Assembly: GCA_013239625.1 (NCBI GenBank)
Contig: MU053379.1
Coordinates: forward strand, 4,111,229-4,175,228
Reading direction: 5' to 3'
DNA: 64,000 nucleotides
Source: Lama guanicoe
Taxonomy: Eukaryota
In this document: in pieces, positions 39,314-51,267 of the stretch
Position numbering within the stretch: position 1 is the first letter of the stretch
Layout: every line of letters starts with the position of its first letter
Notes under the pieces: generated by a model
What the model was told of the DNA's origin: nothing
The model's input: the letters and a program-made list of their open reading frames with translations, nothing else
The model's database searches: none
Position numbers and translations under genes: made by a program

Positions 39314-40917
39314 ATATCTAAGTTCTCACCCAGCTTAGTGTTATAACAGGAGATGGAACCTTTGGTCTGTTTGTTAGTTCCCGTCAGAGAAAGGTCAGGA
39401 TCTTGAAGGAATCTTTAAGGAGTCCTGGCAGGGTTCCCACACCAGCCTGTCAGTCGAGTTCCAAGCTTAGTACCTTGACTGAAAGCTCTTTCATGGGCTC
39501 AGCCAGGTCTGCACCACGAGGCAAAGGCTTAGTCTTCCTAACGCTTCTCCTAAGCAGCCTTCACCCTTTAAGGAAGGATTAGGTGATTGTATTAAGTATC
39601 AAGACCACACTTCCTGTGAGGTCCAGCCCTGCACACAGGACTTCTCTAGCACCACATTCAGATAAGGGCTGCCCCAGGGAGCAGCCACAAAGCAAGTCAC
39701 AGTGCCCAGCCCCACTCTGCAGGAACCAATAAAGAAAAAACATGGCAGGATTTGCCTCTTAGAAGCTCTGCATCTCTCTGGATTCCTTGGGGTGGGTGAC
39801 TTGGAGCTGGAAGGTGTGGGGGCAGGATGCCCATGCTCCCCACCATCAGGCCCCATGGGGAGGACCAGTCCGTCCATTTGCTCAGCTACAAAAAGCAGAG
39901 CGACCCCAACACTGACTCCCCATGGATTCTCAAAGCATCAGAAGATCAGGCCCCTCAACCCATCAGGCGTCTCCTAGTTGCCGCTGCTTCCCGGAATACG
40001 AGAACGCTTCCCGTGTATCATTTGTATGATTTCCAACATCTGATGTGGATAAGTTGAGAGGTTCCCAATTGCAGAAGAGATGCCCAAGCTTAGAAATCCC
40101 AGAGCAGTTCATAACCCCAACCTGAGAAGGCAGTGTTGTCGCCAGTGGCCGTTGGAGTTGCTGACTTGACCGAGACCAAGCGTTCTCTTCCTCAGCTTGG
40201 TAAAGTCGAGAGGCTGCTTTGCTCAGGCAGTGTCACTTCAGAACACCCACCTGGGAAACCCTTGGAAGAGATGCTGGACAATGACACGCCCTTCTCCCAG
40301 AGTTCCTGCAGAAAACCTCCCAGCCCCTTTAGCACCAGATAATAAGCAACACCTTTACAGCATGTCGCGGCTTTGATTCTCACGCCAAGTCTGCTCCCTT
40401 CTGGCTCCATGACGCTTCATTACGTTTCAGGTGTGCATGTTTATAAAACACTTACGTGTAAGACGGTTCGGGTGATTTGCTGATTTTAAAGAAACAAAGC
40501 AAAACTTCAAAAAAGATTTCTGTTCCTCAAGAGGAGACGGGGCCAATTTGTTCCATTTTATCTCTTGGGGTCACCTCAGTGCTTCACTCACCAGAACTTT
40601 TCTCTGTTTTAATGTAATTTAATTTAATTGACTTAATTTAGTCATGCATTTATTTATCTATTTCAACAAAATTCAAAGAATCTTCTAAGTAAGGGGGATG
40701 AAGAATTTGAAATAAATATTTCAAAATGAAAGTCATGGAAAATACGACAGAAAAAGTCACAGTCACTTAATAAATAAAAAAGGATGGCCTGTGAAGCGGC
40801 TAGTTTTGTCTTTTTTTTTTTTTGCATTTACCTTTTATGGATGATGTCTCAAAAATATTCAGTAGCTTACCCAAAGGCAAATTTGTTTTTCCAAGAATGT
40901 ATACATATAGTCCAAGA

Positions 40918-40942
40918 ACACACACACACACACACACACACA
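40918..40942. repeat. (CA)n microsatellite
   Basis: Perfect CA run of about 12 units. Confidence 0.95.
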
Positions 40943-42259
40943 TGCTTGAAAAACGTGTCCGGCTAGAGCTGGTCCCAGACAGGTATTTGATAAATATTCG
41001 TTTCTGCCTCTTTGTCTGAATTCAGATCCTGATCATCTTCCACCAAATTTCCTTTTTATTACTGTCCTCGGTTGCCACATAGAATTGAACATTTATGGTG
41101 AACAGATGTGCTGACGTGGCTGCAGAGGATAAAGGCGCTGACCACGTCTGGCTGCGTGTGAGCACAGCTGGCGGCGAGGGCAGCTCCCGGGGCTTGTGGG
41201 TCGGGGGCGCACCTGCCGAAGGCGGTGGGGGGCGGTGTGTTTCCATACGGGGAGCTGCCATAAATCAGAAGGAGATAAAAGCATTTAAAAGCAACAAAAC
41301 AGGCAACGTTTGTGAGTAACTGAGCCCCGCTTCAGGAAAAAAGCTATGTCCACCCCTGTCTTTCGGCCGTCGTCCTCTGTTTGGTTAAGCTATGCAAACA
41401 CCAGGACTCCGACCCGAAAAGCGACTTTCTTCGGGGTATTGTACATAAATGTCTTTAATCTTCTGAGTCAGGAATTTATTGGTTGAGTCTTCTTGGATAA
41501 AGTCAGTGAAGCTCTGAAATAGGTTTTCCTCTGAGAAGAAAGAAAGAGGGAGGAGGCAGAGAAGGGTCAGGGAGGCTCAAACCAGAGCACCCCCACCCCC
41601 ACCCCAAAAAGTGTTTTCCTGGTGCAAGAGAGTAGGAGTGTCCAGCTGACCCTCGGCCAGCTGAACTCCGGGCCCCTTGGGGTAAAGGGACTGGGGGGGA
41701 GTGACCGATTGGAAATGGTTTTCTTGGGATTTTGACCCCACCGACAAGCAACGCAAACGCACAGCCTGTAGTTAGCCCCACGTTTGTGCTCCCCACTGGC
41801 TCTGCCCCCGCTTTCCTCACCCTTCCTATGATGCTCTGGTCAAGGCATCACAGCCTGGCCGCTGCCCCACGGTCAGCCCACGACCCCGGCTTCCGCCGAC
41901 TGCCCTCCCACGCGTGGGCTGCTGAGGACAGCGAGGGGAGCTCCATGAGCTGGTTGGGAGACCCAGAGAGTGCGTCAGAGAGGAGCCTGCTGCTTCTGCT
42001 TCATTTCCGAGCCTTCTGATGCTTCTGTATTCCCAGCCCCGTGCAAAGATCTCACATGGACTTAATGTTCGCAGAAAGCAGTTGGACCCCAGTGGATTTG
42101 CTTGTGTTAACAGTGAGGGTGAAATCTGAATGAAGTTGAATGAAATTTTAATACATGAAAAGGTCTTACTCTCAACATCTCGGAATGAGCATGTTCCCCG
42201 GGAATTTTCCAGGGATGACTCCCTGTGGGATGTAAACGCGAGGAGTGTTGGAAGTCGGG

Positions 42260-42664
42260 TGTGTGGGCTTTCAAGAGCTGCTGAACAAGCGCCACAGACC
42301 GAGCGGCTCAAACAAGAGACACGGCACACCTCGCAGTTCTGGTGGCCAGAAGTCTGGGGTCAGGCGTGGGCAGGGCAGCTCTTGAAGAGGCTGTGAGGAG
42401 GGGTCTGCTCTGGGCCTCCCTCCAGGCGGTGGTGTTTGCCGGCATCTTTGGCTTCCTTGGCTGGTAGACGCGTCACCCCCATCTTCGCCTCCGTGTTCTC
42501 CCTCCTGTCTTGTTGGACTTGGGGCCATCCTGCTCCACTGTGACCGCCTGTTAACCAAACGCATCCACAGTGACCCTGTTTCCACAAAGGAGGTCCCGTT
42601 CTGAGGGCCGGGGGTTAGGACGTCAACATGTGAACTGGGTGGGGACCCGGTTCAACCCTCCAGC
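42260..42664 (-). mobile_element. MLT1 (ERVL-MaLR) solo LTR
   Basis: cagttctggtggccagaagtct, gaccctgtttccaca, ttctgagggccgggggttaggacgtcaacatgtgaa, ggggacccggttcaaccc. Confidence 0.8.
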
Positions 42665-43630
42665 CCGCGACACGTGCTGGTGGGTCGGTGAGTGTGCAGC
42701 TCGAGCCCCTTACCAGACGGTCCACTGCAGAGACCATCTACCAGGTGGAAGGACCCCACAGCAGCGGGCGCCCCAGGCCGCGGAGGAGGGAGAGCGCGCC
42801 GGCCGTTAACTCCCCGGGGGTGAGGCCGCATGACCTGAGGGACGGCGCACCCGTGGGCCGCACCCCAGCTTCACAGCCGCCAGGTGGGGCGTCTGTGGGG
42901 TTGTGACAATAGGCCCTCCGATGGCCTCACGGGACAAGAGGGGTTTGGGGCTGCGGGGACAGGCCGGGGCCAGCGTTTCAGCGGGCGGGTCCTGGAGCTG
43001 AGGCCGCACGTGAATAACGGACCATCAGGGATGTTTATGTGGCAAACGCCCCGTTTCTGCAGATAAGCCAGGTCCACGTGGTCGCCTCATCGGGAATTCC
43101 GCACACAGCTCAACGCGCTCACAAATTCACGACTCCGAATTAATTGGTTTTTAGGCCACGCATTTAGGTCAGATCACTCAGACACTCCATCTCATGTGGT
43201 GAAAAGAAATTAAGTCAATTTCCCCCCCCAGCCCCGCCAAAACCCCATGCTCATCGCGCAGGCCTGGCGCGCCGGCCCCGCAGGCCCGGGAGGAAGCCAA
43301 CCTTTAAAGGCATTCTCATTATCTCTCCGGGAGATGTCATTAAGTACTGTAAACATGTCCTGAATGAGTCCATGTCACTGAGACTGCCAAGTGTTTATAG
43401 AAAAAAACCTAGAAGCGCCCAGTGAGGTAAAACGGGGGGGGGGGGGAAGGGTTTTTTTCAGAGAGGGAAAGGAAAGGACTTCTCGACCAATGAGTCAGGC
43501 AAACGACGAGGATTAAAACGTGAACCTGCCCTGAGGAGCTCTGCCCTCAGAGGAGAGCGGGCGGCACCCACCTGGCCTCAGGGCCGCCTCCCTGCTCCCA
43601 GGGTCCCTGCAGACATTGCCAGTCGCACCC

Positions 43631-43778
43631 CCTGCCCTCTGGAGCCACACCTGGCAGACATCACTAATCAGCCACATCCATCCTGCCATCAGAATCCACA
43701 CCTGGCAGACATCAATAATCAACCACACCCTCCTTGCCCTCTGGAGCCACACCTGGCAGACATCGCTAATTGGTCACG
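43631..43778. repeat. 51-bp minisatellite, 3 copies
   Basis: Exact 18-mer ccacacctggcagacatc at 43645, 43696 and 43747 (period 51). Confidence 0.9.
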
Positions 43779-43899
43779 TGCATTTTTTGCCTCCAGCTTT
43801 CATGAGTCACAATCGACACATGACAGTCTGTAAGATTAAGGTGTACATTCACTCATAAACTGTTAACTAATTCCCACCGCAGTAGCAGGCGCCACCTCC

Positions 43900-44520
43900 A
43901 TCCCGTCACGTGGCTGCCGCTCCTTCTTTGCGTAAGAGCGTTTAACACCTACTGTCTCAGTGGCATTCAGGTGGCGCGCCCTCCTCGCGCTCTTAAATCG
44001 CACCTGGCCTCGGGATTCCTGGAGACAAAGCGGCCTAGTCACGCGGTCCACGCCGAGGCTCAGCCCACCTGGTGTTCCCGTTCGCTGGGGCCGCGGGTGT
44101 CCGGATTCGCGCCTTTGACTCTGTGCTCCAACGAGGAGAATGACTGGCCGAGACGAGCACGGCCAGCTGCCATCTTACTCAGCGCGTTGTTCACAGTCAG
44201 GGTGAGGAAACAAGACGCTGGGAGGGCTGCGCTGACATTAATCTCCAAGAGCCGATACCAGGCTCGCGAGGCCCCAGGACAGTGCCCGGAATGGGGCGGA
44301 TCGGCGCGCTGGCTTCCAGGGAGGGCGCGCGCCTCCCCGCGGCCACCAGAGGCGCTGCCCCCACGCAGACGGCAGAAGTGCCTGGGAGCGCCCCGCCCCA
44401 CCGCGCAGGCCTCGCTGCGGGCTGGCAGCGGTAAAGCGTGGCCCCCCGGCTGGGGGGGGGAGACTGAGGTGCACATTAAGCCCCGGAGTCTGGACAAGGG
44501 GCGGGCGGGGTGAGTCAGAC
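43900..44520. promoter_or_regulatory. CpG-island-like candidate promoter/enhancer
   Basis: CpG-dense, several GC boxes, ending in ggggcgggcggggTGAGTCA (AP-1 at 44511). Confidence 0.4.
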
Positions 44521-45587
44521 GGGAGTACCTTCTGCACAGCTCGGAGGTCGCACCCCGACTTGGCTTCCTTCCTCCTGCCCCGTGTCTCCCCTTCCTCAGC
44601 ATCCCTGGGAACACTTTCTCAACACGCCATCCCTGGCACGTGAACGCTCATCTCCAGCACAGAAAGGTCTGCGGACACGAGCCTTAGAGGGCCCGGCACC
44701 AGCCTCACCTGTGATTTGTCCCTCTCAGGTGGGCAGACCTGCTCCGGGACTCGCCCGGCCTCTCCTCCCAGGCTGTGCCCGGCCAGGTCCATGCCCAGGA
44801 GAACCAGGGGCTCGAAGAGCTGGAGCAGATCCAGTGGGCTGCACGTGTGTCCTCCCTGGTGAGGACACACGTCACCTGCCCCACAGGCAAGGAGCTACGT
44901 GGAGCCTTCATGCCAGGGAGCCCCAGGAAACTGCTGTGGCCGCATCGGCTGACTTGAAACCATGAAAGAAAACTCATGGGAAGAAACTGCAGGGGAGCAC
45001 GATGTCTGGCAAGGATTTGGGGGAGAGTTTTAGGTGTATAAAAATATTTGGTGAAGAAACTGAGAAATTGCAAATAAAAATAACAAAATAAAAATCATAC
45101 CACCACTCAGGAATGACTGCTACTAAATTTTGTGCACACATGTGCACACTTAGCTTTAAAAATGACTTGAGACTTTTTTGTAACCTGCTTTCACTTAATC
45201 ATAAACACTGATGACAGAGCATTTGTGAGGCTATCAAGTAATTTGCAATTAGTTTTACTTATTTAATGTATTCCACAGGTGCAATCATTTGTTCTGTTTT
45301 TAAATAAACAGGGAGAACTCTTGCACTAAATGGACATTAGTTCCTTCAAACTAACACATTAGGAAACGGTGTGCTATTCAGATGGGGCCAGTGCTATTCA
45401 AGGCGACCTCCAGTCGTGAAATTTACCCTGCAGTGACCCGTTTTTAAAAACATGGCAGGGCTCTTCAGCTGTTTGCTGCAGTTTAAAACCAGTTCAGCCA
45501 GAGCCAACTGCTTGAGAAGTCGGGTGAGAGAAATGGGTAAAATGTCTGTAGTCAAAGTTTCCATGTGAATGATGCTAGAGAATGTTC

Positions 45588-46017
45588 TAGTACATTTTTC
45601 CAAAGAGGAAATGCAGGTGGCCAACAGGCACATGAAAAGAAACGCTCAGTATCGCTGATCATCAGGGAAATGCAAATCTCTCCCACAGTGAGGGCCCACC
45701 TGCCCCCTGTGAGAAGGCCCAGCATCAAAAAGTCTGCAAACGACAGATGCTGGCGCGGACGTGGAGAAAAGGGAGCCCTCGTGCACTGCTGGTGGGGGTG
45801 CAAATTGGTGAAAACAGTATGGCGGTTTCTCGAAACCCTAAAAGTAGAACCGTCACATGACCCAGCAATTCCGCTGTTGGGTGTATACCCGAAAAGAACC
45901 AAAACACTCATCCAAAAAGACACGTGCACCCGATGTTCACAGCAGCATTGCTGACAAATTGCCAAGACATGCAGGCAACCTGAGCGTCCACCACCGGGTG
46001 ACTGGCTAAAGAAGACG
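45588..46017 (+). mobile_element. LINE-1 ORF2 3' region fragment
   Basis: ORF 45565-45954 contains SLIIREMQI, RCWRGRGEKGALVHCWWGCKLV, DPAIPLLGVYP, KDTCT (L1 ORF2 Cys-rich C-terminus). Confidence 0.92.
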
Positions 46018-46502
46018 CCCCACGGCCCTCCTGAAGCCCCTGGGCCCCCACAGTCTGATCCGACCTCCCCTCCGCCTGCCCACTCTGGACAGGGGGCGGT
46101 AGCCCTGCTGCCCGGGCCCCGCCCCAGCCGCCCGGGCCCCCGGTACCCGCATGGTGCTTTCCTCAGAGTTGCAACCTGAATTCTGAGCTGAAGGGACCGT
46201 TCTGTGAGGGATGCAGGGTGGCGACAGCACGTCCCTCCGCACCCGCCAGTGCTCCGATGCTGGACCAGGGCACCTCAGCACACGAGGGGACCGTGGCGTC
46301 CGCCCCAGCCCCTGCTTGTGACCCTGCAGAGCACGTGCAGTGACTGTGGGTCCTGAAGCCAGCGAGGCGGGCCTCTCGGAGCTTGGTTTGTCTTATTTTC
46401 CACCTGCGCTGGGGTTCCTCCCCCAGAGCCCGTGGTCTGGGGGCTCCCCAAACTGACTGTCTGCGGGCAGTGTGTGTGTGACTCAGCAGACCCTGAAAGG
46501 GG

Positions 46503-46830
46503 TGCGTGTTGGTCTTCCATGGCTGCTGCAGCAAATGACACCGACTTAGCGGCCTCTTCCCTGAAGCCTCCGTAACTGGGGGGTCCAGCCATTACCCGTC
46601 TCACCAACGTCGCGAGGGGGACCGAGCGGGTCTCCCTTCTGGAGGCTCTGGGGGCCATTTCCTCCGGACAATCACCCTCCGTGCCGTTCTCCTTAGCTGC
46701 TGGCCGCTCTGCCCACCGTCGAAGCCCCAGGGGAGGGGCGGGGCCTGAGTCCTTCTCAGAACCCAGCCTCGCAAGTTCTGAAGCCACTCGCTCCACTCTC
46801 CTCCATCCCACCCGCTCTCACACTCTTGCC
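46503..46830 (-). mobile_element. MLT1-like (MaLR) LTR fragment
   Basis: gtgttggtcttccatggctgctgcagcaaatgacaccgacttagcggc and ccttctggaggctctggggg. Confidence 0.6.
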
Positions 46831-46900
46831 AATTTTCTTTAGATGTAAGATTTATGACTTTTCCCCCCAGAATTTTCCTTCCGCAGGAATACGCCTACGA

Positions 46901-47088
46901 CAGAGTCCTACTGTGCAGCCCAGGGAACCGTGTGCGATTTCCTGTGATAACCTGCAACGGGCAAGACTCGGAGAGAAGTGCAGAGGCATGCAGGTGTACG
47001 TACAAGGGGGTGGCTTTGCGGCACACCTGAAACTGACACCGTAAGTCAGTTACACTTCAACAAAAAACAAAATTTGCTACAACAGAAA
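46901..47088 (+). mobile_element. LINE-1 3'UTR terminus with A-rich tail (GC-shifted)
   Basis: gtcctactgtgcagcccagggaac...ctttgcggcacacctgaaactgacac...gtaagtcagttacacttcaa aligns with the 12566 and 33810 copies. Confidence 0.8.
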
Positions 47089-47752
47089 AGAGAATGCTCA
47101 CCCACCAGGACTGGTGTTGCACAAATATTAAACATCAAATTTTATTATAATAGAAAATACGGACACTCAGAGCCAGCAGGCTGCGTGGCACGGAGGCAGG
47201 CGGGTGATCTGCGCATCTTTCCCCTGATACCTGCTGATAGCAGGGGCCGCAGGAGCCTGTAGCTGATACGGCCATGAAGATCCAGCACGGCCTTCCGGCT
47301 CTCGGTGGTTTTCCAAGGGACCGCTGGCTGTGACCATGCCAGCGCCTTCGTGTAAATGGGGGGCGAGGAGGCAGCACTGTGTCTTTGCGAATTGCCACCG
47401 GAGGACTAACTCATTTCAAACATCAGGAGGCTTTGCTACGCACTGATGTGATGCCTCAGTGTGACCTTGGCTCTTTACTGCCTCGGAGAACAGACTCTTT
47501 ATGGGCTCCAGATGGAAAGTGAGAAGTCAACAACCCCTTGTAGACTAACCCCGTATGTTTTCCACGCACTGCAGGGATGTGCTTTGTTCGGCGTGTCATT
47601 TATTTTGATGAAAGTAACACATAAATGATGACAGATTGCTGTTTCCAAAGTTTGCGCTACACAAAGCAAAAAAAATGTAATACAGACATTAAAAGCCTGA
47701 AAGGAGAGGTGAGTTTTCCAGATGGTGAGTTGGAATCACAAACCTCTTGTAA

Positions 47753-47891
47753 GTGTGTGTGTGTGTATGTGTGTATGTGTGCGCGCACACGTGTGTATAT
47801 GCATGTGTGTGCGTGCGTGTGTGTGCATGTGTGCACATGTGTGTGTGTGTGTGTGTTTGCATGTGTGCGTGTGTGTATGCGCGTGTGTGCG
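47753..47891. repeat. Compound (TG)n microsatellite
   Basis: About 140 bp of alternating purine-pyrimidine sequence. Confidence 0.95.
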
Positions 47892-49644
47892 TCCTACCTG
47901 TGTTTGGCAGAAGCCGCTCTCATGCCCCCGAATAAATAGACAGGGAAGTCACCATTCCGAGCTGCCAACCATTGACGTACTTGTGTTACTTAGGACGAGG
48001 TTTGACGACACGCAACAGGGGCTGAAACAAGAAAGACACTCATTTCTCTCAGACGTAAAATCCAGATTCTGCCCCATGAACTCCCTCCAGCCCCTGCTGC
48101 TCTCACCGCGCAGCCTATGCTTTGGCCCGGCCTTCAGGATCCCCGACGGCAACACCGCGTCCCCTCCAGGCCGGAGACGGCCTCACCCCTTGGCTGCCAG
48201 CGTCGCGCTGGCGGCCGAGGTCACAGGGCAGCGCCTGGCCCCAGGGGAGGCTGGGGGACAGCGCCTCCCGCACGCGCGGCCGGGCCCTCTGGGAGCTGGG
48301 GCGTGTGCCTGTGGACAGGAGGCGGTGCGTGTCTGGGAACGCCGGCCCTGCCGCAGGCCCTCAGGGTGGCCGCTAGCGCGGTCAGCACGGCGGATTCCAG
48401 TGAGGACTCTCCGGGCTTCTTCCTTAAGTCGGAGGCAGGAACTTCCTCCAGCCCTTGGCTTGCTTATTTGAGGGTGAATTAAAATCTGAGGTCAACTCCA
48501 ACTGTAATGTTGAATGAAGACCTTTTGGAACACGAAAAATCAGCCTGGCAGCACCGGACAGGATTCTGCAAAGGATCGTTTCTCCCTTAGTTAGAAAGCA
48601 GTTGTTCATCGGAAGGCCACGCCTTCTCCTCCTGGGAGTCCCACGTCCAGTGACTTATCCAAGTGGGGACGTAAAGGCCCTGCGCCCTCACCCCCCAGGG
48701 CCAGCACTGAAGGGTCAGCCACCTCAGAGCTCCCCGGGGCTCAGCTGAGGATCTCTGGGCGCTGCCTCGCGGGTTGTGTGTGCCAGCCCCGCCCAGTCTC
48801 CCCGCCCCTCCGCAAGCACCACAGTGAACCTGCACTCGGGTGTCCAGCTCTGAGGCTTCTTCCCAGCGTGGAGCCCACCCGGTGACCATCCTGGGTCACT
48901 GTCCTGGCTCACGACTTGCACTCGTCGGCTGTCTCCATACTGTGCTTCTCCGCCTCCCTGCCGCTCCACGTCGGTCAGCGAGCATCTCTGCTTCCTGAGG
49001 GAGGAGGCTCAGCTCAGCGGTCCCCCCTATCCTGGGGATCCCCTCGGTCCTCCAGGACCACCCTTGTGCAAGCAGATGTCCTTGGGTGGTTCCAGGCTTC
49101 AGGGAGAACGCGCCGTAACAGCGGGAACGCGGGTACCGTCTCTGCTCTGCCGCATCCGTGTGCAAAGCTGGCTGGCTCTACTGCAAGGGTGATGACCCCT
49201 GCTCCAGGGAGTTCCTGAGCTAAATAAACCAGTGCGGCTCAAACCAGCAGCTCCACTGCTCACTCCTGTGCACCCCGGGCCAAGGTGGACGGTACTTGCC
49301 CGGATGGTCAAGAAGCGTTGGCTTTCTTACTGGGCCTCACGAATTTCAGGGGCCCCTCAGAGGGGATGTTCAACGCAGCCTCGCCTCCCTGGGGCCTCTC
49401 ATTCTCCTGGCAGTGCCAGCCTTTCCCTCTGGTGCACAGGCCCTCCGCCTCTAGTTTCTGTGGCAGCTTTTGACCTTGTGCGGCTGCCCCGGCCTGAATC
49501 TTCCTTCCACCTTTTCCTCTGGCCCCAGAAATTCTTCTCAGCTCAGAAAAGCATGGAGACTTAACGTGCTCACTGTCAGAACAGCAACCGAGCCCCGGGT
49601 GGTGCAAAGTCTACTCAGCTGGCCTGAGAACAGCGGGTGGTGGC

Positions 49645-49822
49645 AGGGGTTCCCCGGGCGGTCTCCTTGCCTGGGAGCGTTGCCATTGTCTGGAAACTGG
49701 TCGGAACTGTGACTCCAGGGCCCCCAGCCCAGATTTCCGGAATCAGAGTCTGTGAGGGCAGGACTCAGCAAATCATCATGCCGGCCCTCGGGAGGAGCCC
49801 GGTGAAGTCTGAGAGTCGCCGT
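49645..49822 (+). mobile_element. MER5A-like hAT-Charlie element
   Basis: ctggaaactggtcggaa...gggcccccagcccagatttccggaatcagagtctg...aagtctgagag. Confidence 0.6.
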
Positions 49823-50029
49823 CAAGAGGCCTCTCCGGGGCAAGTTGCACTAGGCTCAAGTCCCTCCCCACCCCCACGTGTGTAAATGAGTGTTTGCACC
49901 TTAACACAAAAGGGTTTCCGATGTTGATCTTACGCCTTCGGGGAAAACAACTACACGTTCGTGAAAATTTTAACACAAGTAAGTGTTAGACGTGGCGCAT
50001 CTTTTCCTGCCAGTCCTCAGGCCTCCAGC

Positions 50030-50199
50030 AAAAAAAAAAAAAAAAAAAAANNNNNNNNNNNNNNNNNNNNNNNNNNNNNNNNNNNNNNNNNNNNNNNNNN
50101 NNNNNNNNNNNNNNNNNNNNNNNNNNNNNNNNNNNNNNNNNNNNNNNNNNNNNNNNNNNNNNNNNNNNNNNNNNNNNNNAAAAAAAAAAAAAAAAAAAA
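50030..50199. other. Assembly gap (129 N, 50051-50179) flanked by poly(A)
   Basis: 21 A on the left and 20 A on the right of the N run. Confidence 0.98.
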
Positions 50200-51267
50200 G
50201 GCTGTTAAACTTTTAAGCCACATGACCTGGAAAAGCCTGTAGCTGCTGACGGTGGCTCTGACCACGCTGCAGGCAATAAAGGCTGCTGACCTGCCTCTGT
50301 TTGCTTTCTGCTCAAGATAAACATTTATCACTGGGCCTATTGATTAACACCAGATCACTTCCCTCCTACTCTTCCACAAAGGGAGCAGGCTCCCCCGGGA
50401 ACGCAAAGCTCTGTGGGGCTCCAGGGACCCCACGCACGGCCGGAGGTGTGGGGCCCTCTCCCCGCGGGCAGGCCAGTCGCAAGCAAGACGCGGGGCCGGG
50501 TCAGCTGCCCGGTGCGCAGCTCTGCTCCAGATGCCTGCGTGGCTCGTGCCCTGGAAAACAGGCTGCAGAGGAACCGCCCGTTTTTTTGCAGTTTTCTTGA
50601 TTTTTTGTTTTTGTTTTTCCAGTTTTTGCCAAGGATGGGAAATTAGGCAGTGCTAGGGGGAAAGAAAAGCATTGGCTTGATTTGCAGGCACATTAAAGAA
50701 CCGACATGGTCCGTGAATGTTTCGATATTTGAGGCTGCCTCAGCTCCAGTCTAGAAGTGGGTGGTATAAATGGATGAATGTGTGTTTATTCACACCGACT
50801 CTTCCTCTGATCTTTTGTTTTGTGGACAACCATTCCTGTCGCTAATAACGTGATGTTTGAATCTATACAACCAGTGAATTAAATTTTATTTTTAATCATT
50901 ATTATGCATCTTGAGAAGAGTTTTTTTTGGTTAAACATGGTTTAAAGAGGTCACTTCGCAGTTAGTGACATGCTGTGACTAACCTGTCCCACTATTCTCC
51001 AAGCAAATTGTTGTGACGTTACATTGAACAGTTTCTTATTCGCCATCCATTCTGGTTCTGGAGAGAAGCTTGATTATGTCTGTCCTTCAGGGAGCTGCTG
51101 TGGACGCAAGGCTTTGGGGCTGCACCTGTGGGTCCAGGGGCAGCCAGGAGGGGACATTATCATCACTGGCTGCAATTGCAACTTCTTCAAGTTTTTCTGC
51201 AGATAGTTTCTGGTGTAAAAACTTGAAAGTACCCTTTTTAAAACCTGAGCAAAGGCCTTCCCCCTCT

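Noticed and set aside
43631..43778. Regularly spaced 18-bp repeats resembling a CRISPR array
   Set aside because: The spacers resemble each other, the genome is mammalian and there are no cas genes; it is a minisatellite.
49961..50331. Poly-Lys and poly-Phe ORFs
   Set aside because: Artefacts of the poly(A) runs and the N gap.
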